From assembly GCA_050084985.1 (NCBI GenBank), contig JBITNC010000001.1, positions 191,456,001 to 191,520,000 of the forward strand: 64,000 bases of DNA, read 5' to 3'. The DNA comes from Nageia nagi (Eukaryota > Plantae > Pinophyta). A program made the translations under genes and the position numbers. The notes under the pieces are model-generated. The model had not been told where the DNA came from, did no database searches, and saw nothing but the letters and a program-made list of their open reading frames with translations. Positions 11,763 to 23,800 of this stretch are shown piece after piece; the stretch's first letter is position 1, and each line of letters starts with the position of its first letter.

Positions 11763-12898
11763 TGTAAATGCCTAAATGCAATATTAAGCCAAAAACATGC
11801 AAGTATACTCCAACGTATGAACTAGGGCATCAATTTAAAGCATAAACAATACAAGCCTGCCAACATCTGGCTATAATATGCACAAATGAACAATAATACC
11901 ACAACGTTGCAATAATGGACAAACACACAATATAACATCAGATCCAAATGCCCAACGGCTGTATATATGATATAGAAATGATGCAGATACAATACCAAGC
12001 CCCCAAGGTTGTACGTTGGCCTCCAAGGAGCCAACTAGGGCACGATGTATGTCTCTCTCTCTGCTAGACGAACGGATGGTGAGTGGGACAGTTTTGCTTT
12101 CTCAGAATCTAATTCTTCTCCACCGAAGGAGCCCTCCTCAAGCCATGGCAAACCCTGAAGGTAGAAGCTCAACCTCAGAATACCACTGGATGCGATAGGG
12201 TGCTACACCAAAGCTGTAGACTAACACGATCCCAACATGCTAATCCTCCTAGATGTTGCACCTAAAGATCTTGCTTTGTGTTGTGCTAAGACCCTTGTCC
12301 TCTGAACGGTATAAGCAATTATCAATATTCAGTATATCCAACAAATGAGGCTCCAAGGGCTAATATAGCTTTCTTGGATCTGGATTGCACTTCAATGTCA
12401 TCACCCAATCCCCTCAAGCCCCAACGTTGGCACCTAGGAGTCATTCCAAGTCCAACGTGGGTATTTGGGCCTCCCTCATGCTCCACATGGGTCCATGAAT
12501 ACATGTGTGGGTCTAGGAGGCATACGTGGGCATCTAGGGGAGCAACATGGATGTCATGGGCCAACGTGGGGGTCTAGAAGTCTCCCCAAGGCTGGTGCAT
12601 GTGCACAAGTGCTCCCAATCTCAACGTTGGGGCATTAAGTGCTCATCCATCCACTTAAGTGCTAAATAGACCTTGGGATTCCCAAACTCATGTATTGGGA
12701 TCTCCAAGTACATTAAAACACCTAATCTACACTTGGGAAGGAGACGTCCCACTTGGGGCTCAGAGTGGGGTCCAATGACCCATTAAATCTTCTATCCCAA
12801 GTATTAACTAAAAGCACAATTAAATAATAAAATATATTACGAACATGAAATCTATTGGATTCTAGAATTAAGTGCAATGATGCAAGGGGGGCATCACA
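11763..12898 (-). repeat. 5' LTR of element A
   Basis: tgtaaatg...gcatcaca (TG...CA); about 16 substitutions in a hand-aligned 240-bp sample against the 3' LTR. Confidence 0.93.
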
Positions 12899-13025
12899 TA
12901 TTTTGAGCCAAATCTAGATCCCCAAGTGGGACATCCAACCTTTGTGTGCAAGAAATTCAGTTTTGAGCTTCAAACTTGTGTTTCAAAGCTTGGCTACTGG
13001 GACGTCCCACCCCTAGAACAGTGAT

Positions 13026-14251
13026 TGTAATGAACCCAAATGGGGCTCAACCTGAAATTCTCAAAACCCGATTGTTCCCAAACTCAAATACTCAAATTGT
13101 AAAGTTCCAACCATACAATTAATTCACCAAAAATTAAGACTTTCAGCAGATTTCTCAAAATATTACAAATCCACCCATCATGCACTAGATCAACTCCAAA
13201 AATTAAGGCAAACTATTCAAGGGTTCAAAATACTCAAAATATCATCAAATAAAGCATGAGTCCAATTCCAATCACATTAGATAAAATTATTGCAAGCTAC
13301 AACACCATGCAAATTATGAGACAAATGCCAATGAACTCAAATAATGTATACAAACAACAAAGAAGTCTCAAGGAGCATGAAAATAGCTCCAAAGGGGTGA
13401 CATCCCACCAAGGGGCTTAGAGAACCACTCTAAAGCTCACAAAATTGTTATAGACTGCCTCCTCAAGCCAGACATCTCACTCCTAGGGCCAAGTTGGGAT
13501 TCCAAGATCCTCGCTCAACCTCCAGATTTGAACAAACCTCAATCTTGCTCTCGTGAACACTGCAAATGATGCTCCAAGGCTTCTAGGCAGAAAGGCTCCA
13601 AGGCCTTGTTGTAGCAACAATGGTGGAAGCATCAAGGCTTCGGTGGAAGATACTCTCTCAAGGTCTCCAAGCTGCATGAGGAATAGAAGGTACTCTCAAG
13701 AGTTTCCAAGCTGCACGAGGAATGGATGAATGACTAAACAACCGCACACTCTAAGTATAAGGGCAGGTAATTGGTATAAGCAATCGATTGTTTTCCAAAT
13801 GAGGTGCCTCCCTCTTTAATTAGCCAAGCTTGCTTTCTTTTTTGTGACTGGCTGACCCAATCCAGATACTTAATACAATTTACTCCTAAAATTACAAATT
13901 TAATCTTCACATGGGACATCCTACCTTGGGATGACAAATTAGAACCCCAAAATATAAAATTAGGTCCAACTGGTCTAAAATAATTGAAGACTCCTAATTT
14001 ACTAAAATCACTCCTAAATGCCCCTAGAAGAGGGACATTCCATCTTGGACTGCTCAATTAAACATTTTTGCACCCAATTTGGAACATACATCATCATAGG
14101 ATCGTAAAATCATCTAAATTATATCCAAGATCACAAAAATACATTAAAATTGTCAAAATATCCTCTTATAGGATGTGCATCCCACTTTATGAGAGAAAAT
14201 AGCAAGAGGGTAAAGCGCTCAAAGTGGGACCCCCAAAATGGGTTCATTACA
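13026..14251. mobile_element. Solo LTR (1,226 bp) with 13-bp terminal inverted repeats
   Basis: tgtaatgaaccca ... tgggttcattaca; TSD gtgat/atgat. Confidence 0.8.
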
Positions 14252-15178
14252 ATGATTGTGATATTTTGAAGACATTTTCTGCAACAAATTGGCATTTGGA
14301 GTTGGATCCGATATTTTGGTGTTCTCTTGTATTTATTTTGAGTAAATAATTCAGATCTGAAATAAAATTGTGGAGTTTTGTTTTTTTCTAAGTTGGGTTC
14401 TTTACAGCCAAATTCAACAAGCCATATCAATCAGAGAATGATGAACTTCAAAATTTCGCAAACCACAAAATGTGCATGTTCTAAACCTCACATCCTAAAA
14501 TGTTGGCCATTTCGAGGAATCCATACCAGAACATTGGATGTTGTTCCAATATGAGAGCGATCTAGCACCTAAGCCAAACTGACCCAGAATCAGTATGAAG
14601 AGCCAAAGTCCAGCACAATATCACTTAGATATATCATTAACTAACTTCAAAAATTCACCTTGACACTCCAAAACGGCATGATTCACCCTAACTTGGATCC
14701 AATTCTGCATATATTTTTCATCTTGTAGACAAAGTTACTTTTACTCTTTTATTTTTGTCTACAGCCACCATAAAAAAACTGGTACCTTCAATCTGGCATT
14801 CAATTCAAATTCAAACACTAGTTGAATGATAATGAGTTATTAAGCTCCTTCAATCCCAGCATCAACATAAACAATCCATGGCTCATCGTAAATCTCCATA
14901 GTGATTCTAGGTCCACTGCAAAAAATGTAAGCTTCATCTAATTACAGTCCTCATTAGACAGTATAATCTCCTTAGATAATTTAGTTTAACACTTGTTAAT
15001 GGTTCCAAGGGATGGCTTAATTGGTCAAGGATCAATTCACATTTGTGTCCACAATTTTCTTTTTGTCAACGGAAACTTAGTAAAGGACTCAAATTACACA
15101 TCTACAAATGATTTTGCCTACTAGCTCAGATATCTTAAATACACATCAATTGAATGCTGAGATATCAATCGAAGTGCC

Positions 15179-17483
15179 TATTGGGGTGTTTTTCTTTCCT
15201 ACCCTGGAGTAATGAGAAAAATGCCAACACCTCAGGTGAAGGGACGTTACTCCCTCTCACTATGGGACTGGTTACCCCAAAGGTTAACTTCACGACTTGG
15301 GAAAAGATAACTCAGGGAATGTCTGAGATGATTAATGCTGCCACCAACATGAATATCATGTGTGGATTCAAGGACTCGAATTGTCTTTGTAGCCAAGCTA
15401 AGTTATTTCTAGAAAATGCTAAAGGGAAATAGGGGTGCAAAAATTGCGGAAAAAAAAGTGTAAAATAAAATAAAGAAAAATTGTTGGAACGACTATGGGT
15501 TGTGAGATGTAACTGTAGGCATGCACACTCACGAGCTTGGGATAAGGTTTTCAAAAGTCGACCTGTTGGGTCTTGGCGTAGGTTCCATGCACCCTCAATC
15601 CGTTCCACTAGCCAACAACATGAATGGTCTAGTGGAAGAAGCGTGAAGCTGTGGCAAGGATGGAATAGGATGGGATGAAGATAACACTCAACGATCAAAG
15701 TGAATCTTACTGTGAGCGACATCAACAAGACATCTTGAGGTATCCAAGCCTAAGATTGCAAATGACAAAATATCACAAACAAGATGCTAATCAACCACTT
15801 CATAAGATATACAAGCATTCTCTTGTCCACCCCAATTGGAATTTACAAGATGCACCAAGTGATTAAAATCGACACAAAGCAGTGACTAAACAAACTAGAC
15901 AACACTGTCAATCATTCATTCAAATTTGGCATTACAACATGAGAAGCATATCATCACAATTGCACTAACATACACCACATTTAACAACTTAGAGAATTTT
16001 TGGTCTAGCAAGCAAAAGTATCTTTCAATTGTTAAAAGTGTCAATCCCCCCTTACAAATGAATCAAAATGGGGTATAAAGAGTTTTGGAGCAACCATCAG
16101 CGTTGCCTTTAACCCTAATTACCTGTTCCAAGAAAAATAAATGTGGTCTAATAATAAAGTGGCACATGGCATTACAAGATTTATTCCAGCATTTGTGGGA
16201 GCAAATCCTCGTCCATCACAAGGCTATACAAAATTTAATAAAAGTCTTTGGAATCCAAATTTAAAATAAAATTGCAATAAATAAAATAACATAAAATAAA
16301 ATTGTTAAGACTGCAACAACACGCCACTGTGCTCTTCTGGTACTCTTAAGCTCATGCCTCTACAACACTGGACTTGACCTGTTCACCTTTTGGGCACCTG
16401 CAAGGACAATCTGGTAGTCTGCATCTGGGATGACCTGGGATTGTCTTTGAAATTTGGCCATCTTTGGTGTATGCCTCGAACTTGAAGCGTGCTGGAGAAC
16501 GACAAGATTTTGTTTTTTAAAACGGTGCTCCCAAGTCTCTCCTAAGCTAGGAGCATGCCACAAAAAGACAAGATTTTTTCTTTTGAAACGATGCTCCTAA
16601 CTCCCTGGGTCATGCCTGAGCTGGATGCTAGTTTGAAGAGTCCGTGCCTTAGCCAAATTTGTCCAACGAACTCAACTGGAACTCCTCCCAAGCTTGGCAC
16701 ATGATTTCAAAAGACAAGATTGTCTTTTTGAAATGTGCGCCCAACTCTCTGGCTTCTCCAGCTTGGGCGCATGATCTAGAAAGTCAAAATCTTGTCTTTC
16801 TAGAGTATGCGCTGGGTTGCAAGTGGCCAAATTTGCTTCGTTTTGGTCTTCTGCTCTCGGGACTTAGCCAATTTTCCATGTTTTCCCAATCCTGATGCCT
16901 TCCTAGGCTTGGCGCATGCTCCCAAAAGTCAAAAATTTGTCTTTTTGAGGCATGTGCCAGCCTTGAAATGCCTCAAGTTAACTTTTTCAGGCCTTTGTTC
17001 CATCCTGGGCACCTCCTTGAGCCTGGCGCATACCCTAGAAAGACAAAATTTTGTCTTTTCATGGCATGCGTTAGGTCCAAGAGTGACCCAGTTCATTTTT
17101 CCGAACTTGAACTCCAAATCAAGCGTCTTTCTGGCTCGGGCGCACATCCCAGAATGACAAAATTTTGTCTTCCTGGAGTATGCGCCAAGCCCAGGAAGAA
17201 CCCGGACTCACTTTGCTTGGTTCCGACTCAACACAAGTTTCCCAATTTCACCTAAACTCGACTTAGATTTTCCAGACTTAGCCAATTTTCGAGGGTTTGA
17301 GCTTTTTATCATGACACGACCAAGGTTGAGCGGTTGGACTCACTTAGGTGATGGGAAGATAGACGTGGTTTCTAGTCAATTGGGGACAAGGAGGGATCGT
17401 GCCATCTTGGTGTCACATGAGTGTAAGTTGCACAAGGTCCCAAAAATTGCAAAATTTTGGGGCGAGTGGTGTAGAGCACAACA
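15179..17483 (-). mobile_element. Unit B: solo-LTR-like unit (2,305 bp), gene-less relative of unit C
   Basis: t(a)ttggggtgtttttctttcc...gagcacaaca; TSD gtgcc/gtgtc; 15179-~16310 aligns to 42274-~43370 and ~16680-17483 aligns to ~47200-48249. Confidence 0.88.
16487..17190. repeat. Array of ~7 imperfect 50-bp palindromes in unit B
   Basis: For example 16910-16959 TGGCGCATGCTCCCAAAAGTCAAAAATTTGTCTTTTTGAGGCATGTGCCA. Confidence 0.88.
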
Positions 17484-17792
17484 GTGTCTAACTCAATTAT
17501 TCTGTCGTATGTGAGAAACAAAAAGATTTCAACTTTAATGAATTGTTAACTAGTTTGATCTTGTTAACGTTATTAAAAATTATAATGTTTAGCATGGAAA
17601 ATTTAAGCATGTAATGTTTAAAATTAATTTCTTTGCACAGGAATACAGAAAGACATGTTTCAATATATTATATTAATTGAGTATAATATAAAGGAACTTT
17701 GAAATAAGTTAATATACAAACGTGCAGACAGAACAACACCATTAAATTGCTTTCTCATCTGGCTCTCAAAATAAAATTCATGACATAACTAC

Positions 17793-17885
17793 CTTTTCAT
17801 TTCGCTTGATAACCTTCTCTCGAGTTTTTTTCTGTTTATCAGTAAGTTCACCTTTATATGTTTGCCAAGTAATTTCATCCTCTTC
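17793..17885 (-). CDS. SLC4A1AP: Kanadaptin exon 7
   Basis: tacag|GAAGAG...GAAAAG|gtagt; 93 nt; EEDEITWQTYKGELTDKQKKTREKVIKRNEK. Confidence 0.92.
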
Positions 17886-20800
17886 CTGTAAAGAAATGAA
17901 ATTTAGCTCAACATTATATGCTGCATTTTAGTTATAGAAAACAAGCACTAATTTAATGGAATTACTTAAAGCATTTCTGCTAATGGTGCCCAAAACAAAA
18001 ATCCACCTTGACTTAAGTTCTTACAAATACCTTTGTATCTACATCAAATGCATCCTCCATCATGCCCCAAGAAATGCCATCAGCAAGTGAAGCCTCTCTC
18101 TGTGCACGTAATAGTGAAGCTTCCATATCAGCCATCTCCTCTAAATTATGGACTTTACTGAAACTCTGCCTCGCACCATGTGTTGATTTTTCCTGTGTAA
18201 ACAAGCCAATAGCATTAAAAAACAGGAATGTCATCATGTGGAGGAAAGATAAGAAAATTTCCATTTTGCCAATTACAAATATATACCAAATGGCACATAA
18301 AATATATGTGGCTCTGTTAATCAACATAGTCTGAAAGGTTCAAGTTACACATATCCTGAGAATTCTCCAATGCAATGGATCATATTTTCAGAAAAAACAT
18401 AAAGACAGAAAAATGTTACAATGATTGAGAAAGCACTAACACACAAGATTCCTGAAACCCATATATATTCTTCTTTTAACTTCAGTGCATTTACGGTAAC
18501 ATTCAACTCGTATATATGTTTGACATCAATATTGAAACATTAAACACAAATAACCATGCTATTTAATACTCCAAGAAACAGGCTCTCATATCTTTGTAAA
18601 AATGATCACAATCATGTAACTTTTGGGCAGTTGCCCTTTCCAATATAATTATATCCTGAGCAGAGAAAGCAAGTTCATAAACAGCGAGAATAAATGGTTA
18701 CGATATATTTATAGAGAACTAAACTTTTCTTGGATATATGGTTGCATTAACAAATTTAACAACTGTCAAATAGTATCAGTCCATGCAACATAAGATTAGA
18801 CTCATATATTTGTGAATGGATTGTTAGTTGAAAGGTTTAGACATTTTTAGCAATAATACTTACAGAAAGGTTCAAATATTACTGACAACCATGGTTGTCA
18901 TGTTAATTTTGGTAACTCAGATTGCACTTATTCATTTTATAAATCATTTACAAACAAGAATCATTGACTCAGCAAAAATGATAGCAAACTACAAAACCAA
19001 ATGAACATACCTCACATAGAGATTAAAATAATGGAACAAGAAAAAAAACACAGATTTTGTCACTTCAATGGAGTCTTCTATTGCTCTCAAATCTGTACAT
19101 ACAGCAAACACACACAAAAAAAAGAAACAATTGTACAATATATTACATTCTAGGAATGACCCTTCAATTTCAAATGCCAACTGGATTTTCATGTTTCATA
19201 ACTTCCACATGTTTCTTGGCTTTCTTGAAACTCAAAAGAGATTGATTTTTTATTTTATTTAATTGTTTATTTTTTGAATAAAAAATAGAAATGTTAATTT
19301 TCTCATTAAGTTATCAACTCTTCATTCTCCTCTTTGATCATGAAGGAGCTCATCAATCTATCCCACAGCCTTGGAACTGCTTTCTCTCCACACCTTAGTG
19401 AAGGTATCTGCAAGTTGATTAGTGGTACAACAAAACTACAAATCCACATCCATTCTTTGTATCACATATCTTATGAAATGAAACTGAAGGTCAATGTGCT
19501 TGGATCTTCCATGGTGGGCATGATTCTTTGCAATTTGGATTGCACTTTGGTTGTCACAAAATATTGTAGTGGTTGTCAACTATTTCTCTCCCATATGGGA
19601 TTTCTTGAGCATATATTTCACAAATTTGTGTTGCCCTCTAAAAATCCCACTCTCATCTTGATGCACTTCCATACCCAAGAAATAGCTCATCAATTCAAGG
19701 TCCTTCAACTCAAAACTCTTTCACCATTGATTCTTCATTGTAGTAGAGCTTCCAATGTAGATTAGATCATCTACATACAAACAAACAACCAAGATGCCAT
19801 AGCCTTCTCCTTTGATGTAGACTGTGGGCTTATTCTTATTCCTTCTGAATCTTTGTTTCAAGAACCAACTATCTATGCTCTCATTCCATGCTCTATGTGC
19901 TCTCTTAAAGCCATACAAGGCTGCCTTCAACCACTAAAAAATTCTTCTTTACTTTCACTTCAAAACATTCAAGTTGCTCCACATAGACCTGTTCTTTGAT
20001 GTACCGATTTAAGAAGGTTGATTTCACATCCATTTGATGAATCTTCCACCTTCTATGGGTGGCTAGAGATAGAACCATGCATATTGTCTCCATCCTAACC
20101 ATGGGTGCAAAGGTCTCTTCAAAATCAATGCCTTCTCTTTATGTGAAACCTCCTACCACTAGACTAGCCTTGTATCTTTCACTACTTCCATCACTCTTGT
20201 GCTTAGTCTTAAACGCCCATTTTGTCCCCACAACCTTTTTACCCTTGAGCAATTGTGAAGTGTCATTTTTTTCCAATCAAGTTGATCTCCTCTTTCATAA
20301 AATTCCTCAAAATCTTATTTTTATTTGCCTCCTAAAATGAAGAAGGCTTCATGCCTTCCTTGACCATAAATGCAAAGTGGGCAGCATCACTTTGTGTCAT
20401 ATCAACATCATCATCTTCATCAATGTCTAACTAATAAATTCTATTCATGACTTCATCCAACTCATTTGCTTGACTTGCAATTAGCCTCTTAGTGAAATTG
20501 TAATCAAATAATTTGAAAAGGTAGATAATCTTTAATAATTTTCTTACCTCTACTCATGCTTTCTATCTTGCTGATTAGAACACTATCACTAGTGTCACTA
20601 TCATGATTATCTTCACTTGAAGACAAGGTGCCACTTGTGCCAGTTGAGGATGGTAGTTATAGTGGTTGATTTGAACATGGTATAGAAGGTTGGTCCAAAG
20701 CTCCATTTGTCTCTCCAACACTCTCAAGCTTCCTACAATCTTGTTGTACATATCCTCTTCATCAAATATCACATCTCTTTATTCATTGATCTTTCTTGCC

Positions 20801-23800
20801 TTTGAATTTTTATATGCTTCGTATGTCTTTCAAAACAAAACAAACACACATGGAATACTCTTTCGTTCACGCTTTTTCCTTAACTTGTCCTCAAAGTGGA
20901 CATATGCTAGATATCCAAAAACCTTCAAATGCCCAACCTTTGGCTTCCTACCACACAACATCTCAAAAGGAATCTTGTCCTCATTTCCACTTGTTGGACT
21001 CAAATTTTGAAAATGTTGCCACATCAAGGACCTCAACCCAATACTCATTGCTGTAAAATCCCCAAATTGTTCTCAAAGCACAAATTAGCCAAGCAAATGC
21101 AAGATCAATATCATATAATGCTCCTAGGCATGCCACAAACTATACTAGGGCATCAAACATGAATAATAACAAGCCAAGAAGCCAAACGATGCACTTCACT
21201 AGTCCAATTCCACCCCTATACCCCAACGTCACACTTGGGGACTCATATATCATGCCAAACACATCCAGGAATGCCACGATTCACCATACAAGCATGCATA
21301 TATAAAATAGCTCAGCGTTGCATATATGGAAGTACAAACATCAAATAATGAGACAACAAGTGAGATCCAAGTATGCCACGGTTCTATTATTGACAAAATG
21401 ATGAGTACAATACTGAACAGGCCCAAAGGGCTCAACGTTGGCCTCCACAGAGCCAACTAGAGCATACAATGTGCTGATATAGATCTTGAAATTGTTGTAG
21501 AACAATCACACACTACCATTTTTGTGAATGCCTCACTAAAGGGCTCCCTCATAGGCTAGCTCCCAGCAAAGAGAACAAATGTGATTCCGGAATGCCACCG
21601 AATAGATTCAAAGGTGCATACCACTTGTGGATGCCTCAAGGTAGGGCAACCTCACAGCATGAACACTCACCTCAACCGTAAGTCAAAAGGTGTTCCATGC
21701 CTCCTGGACTCTCCTTGTGCACTATGCTCAAGGGTGCTTGACACCACCAAGTCTTTGGTAACTCCAAAGAGAAGGATTTCAATATCAAAATCAAGTCTAT
21801 CTTTGGAATGCGGCTCCTTGGCCTCATATAGCACATCACTGGATCTAGATCTCACCTCAAAGTCATCACCCAACCTTCTTAATCCAACATTGGCTTCCTA
21901 GAAGCCCCACAAAACCCAACGAAGGTGCCTAGGGGTCAAATCCAGCCCAACATGGGTATCTGGGCCCTTAACATGCTCAATGTGGATGCTTGGCAGTCAC
22001 CCATACCACCTTGGGACCTAGAATGCATGCGTGGATGTCTTGGAGTCATAATGAACGAATGTGGGGTCTAGAGTGCATGCGTGGGTGTCTTGGAGTCTCC
22101 CCAAAGCTGGAGCATGTATACAAATGCTCCCAAATCCAACGTTGGGGCAATTAGGTGTCAATCCATGCTCAAGTGTCATCTAGGTGCTATACAAGCCGTG
22201 GGATTCCCACAATCATCTTTAGGATATCCAAGTGCATTAATGACAAATTAAATCACTCATCCTAGCTTGCGTGGAAAATGTCCCTCATGGGGCTCACAAA
22301 GTGGGTCCAACGAACCTTTACATTTCTATCCTAAGTAACTAACAACATATACATGAATAAATAAATATTTACAAAAAGGGAATCCTTAGGATTCCAAAAT
22401 TATTTATTTTTTACAAAAAAGGGATGTTACAATTGCCCAAACCTTTATAATCTATCATTCTCATTCCCATGATCATGAAAGTCTTATTCATCCTTTCAAC
22501 AACCCAATTTTGTTGGGATGTACAAGATACAATTGACTAACTTTTAATGCCATGGTTTTCACCTAAGCAGTCAAGCTCGAGTTCGAATTCGAATTCGGCA
22601 TCTTTAAAATTCGAATGAAATTGAACATGCTAAAAAATTCAAAATAAAATTCAATATTCATCAAATATAAAAATATTAAAAAAATATAAACATTAAATGT
22701 TAACAAATTTATAAATTTAAATTAAATTTCAAGCAAATTTCATAATTTATGAATAAAAAATCAAAATAATACTAAACAATTAATTATATGAAAAAATTAA
22801 ATTAAATATAATTTTTTTTAATTAAATAACAATCTATAAACGTTAATAAGAATAAATTTACCAAAAAAAAAACACTTAAATTAAATTTAAACATACATGT
22901 AAAATTAAATTTAAACATACATCTAAAATTAAATTTAAAATTAATTTACACTTTAAATTTAAAAAAAACTAAACTTAAATTTTAAAAAAATGATTAAACT
23001 AAAGTTAAAAACAATTAAATTAAAAATAACTAAGACAATTATATTGAAATTACATAAATTTAAAGCACGTGATTTACTATCCTCAATTTTCCCCACTTTG
23101 ATCCACCAAGATTTACAATCCCTCTCCGTTGAAGAAAAATGTTGGGACAGAACCGGAAGTAACGGTAGGGGCTGGCCTCACAATTTGTTGCCCGTCAACA
23201 TCTCAAGTACAATAGCCTTGTCAATGCTTGTGGCGTTTTCGACATAATGATGGAGAGAACCATGCATGAACTAGGGTTTTCCCATGCACAAATCATGGTT
23301 TTTTTCAGTATTTTTCTTTGTTTTTCATGCATTTTTCAGTTAGGTTAAGGATTTCTAAGGTGACTTTAGTGTTTAAATTCATCGAATTTATTCGCCAGGT
23401 TTTAAGTTCGAGGGATTTCGAATTTCAAGTAAAAAATTCGACGAATTTGACTACCTAGGTTTTCACAATACTTCATGAACTCTTTTAAACAAAATTCACA
23501 ATCTTGATCACTCTTTGGAGTTTTTATTTTTAGCACCTATCTCCTTCTAGACCATGGCTTCGACTTTTGGAAGGTGCCAAATGCCTCATCTTTGTATTTC
23601 CAAAAAAGAAAAAGAAAAAATCCAACACCTTCTTGAAAAATCATCAATCAAAGGCATGTAATAGACTTACCAATGCTTAGAGTGTTCATGGGTCCATATA
23701 GATCAAATTGCATAAGCTCAAGTAGCTTAGAAGTCCTCCATGGCTCTCCATCAAGGAATTTCTCTCTAGCATATTTTCTCAAAGCACACCCCTTAGGAAT

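Larger units (their letters stand above)
1..12898 (-). mobile_element. Element A: non-autonomous Ty3/gypsy LTR retrotransposon (gag + protease only), left end cut by window edge, interrupted by unit D
   Basis: Two homologous ~1.14-kb LTRs (<1-1136 and 11763-12898), tRNA-iMet PBS, PPT, gag and aspartic protease remnants; no RT/RNaseH/integrase motifs seen. Confidence 0.9.

Noticed and set aside
16487-17190. Palindromic repeats with spacers resembling a CRISPR array (also 47228-47955)
   Set aside because: Eukaryotic TE context, no cas genes, degenerate repeats, spacer lengths of 20-100 bp, and spacers that are homologous between units B and C rather than independently acquired.
1-17792. A possible kanadaptin exon 8
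   Set aside because: No segment with splice sites and plausible continuing coiled-coil sequence was found; most of the interval is assigned to TEs. A very short exon could have been missed by eye.
18193-18327. N-terminal part of ORF 18013-18327
   Set aside because: Intronic read-through; only 18031-18192 lies between AG and GT sites and fits the protein.
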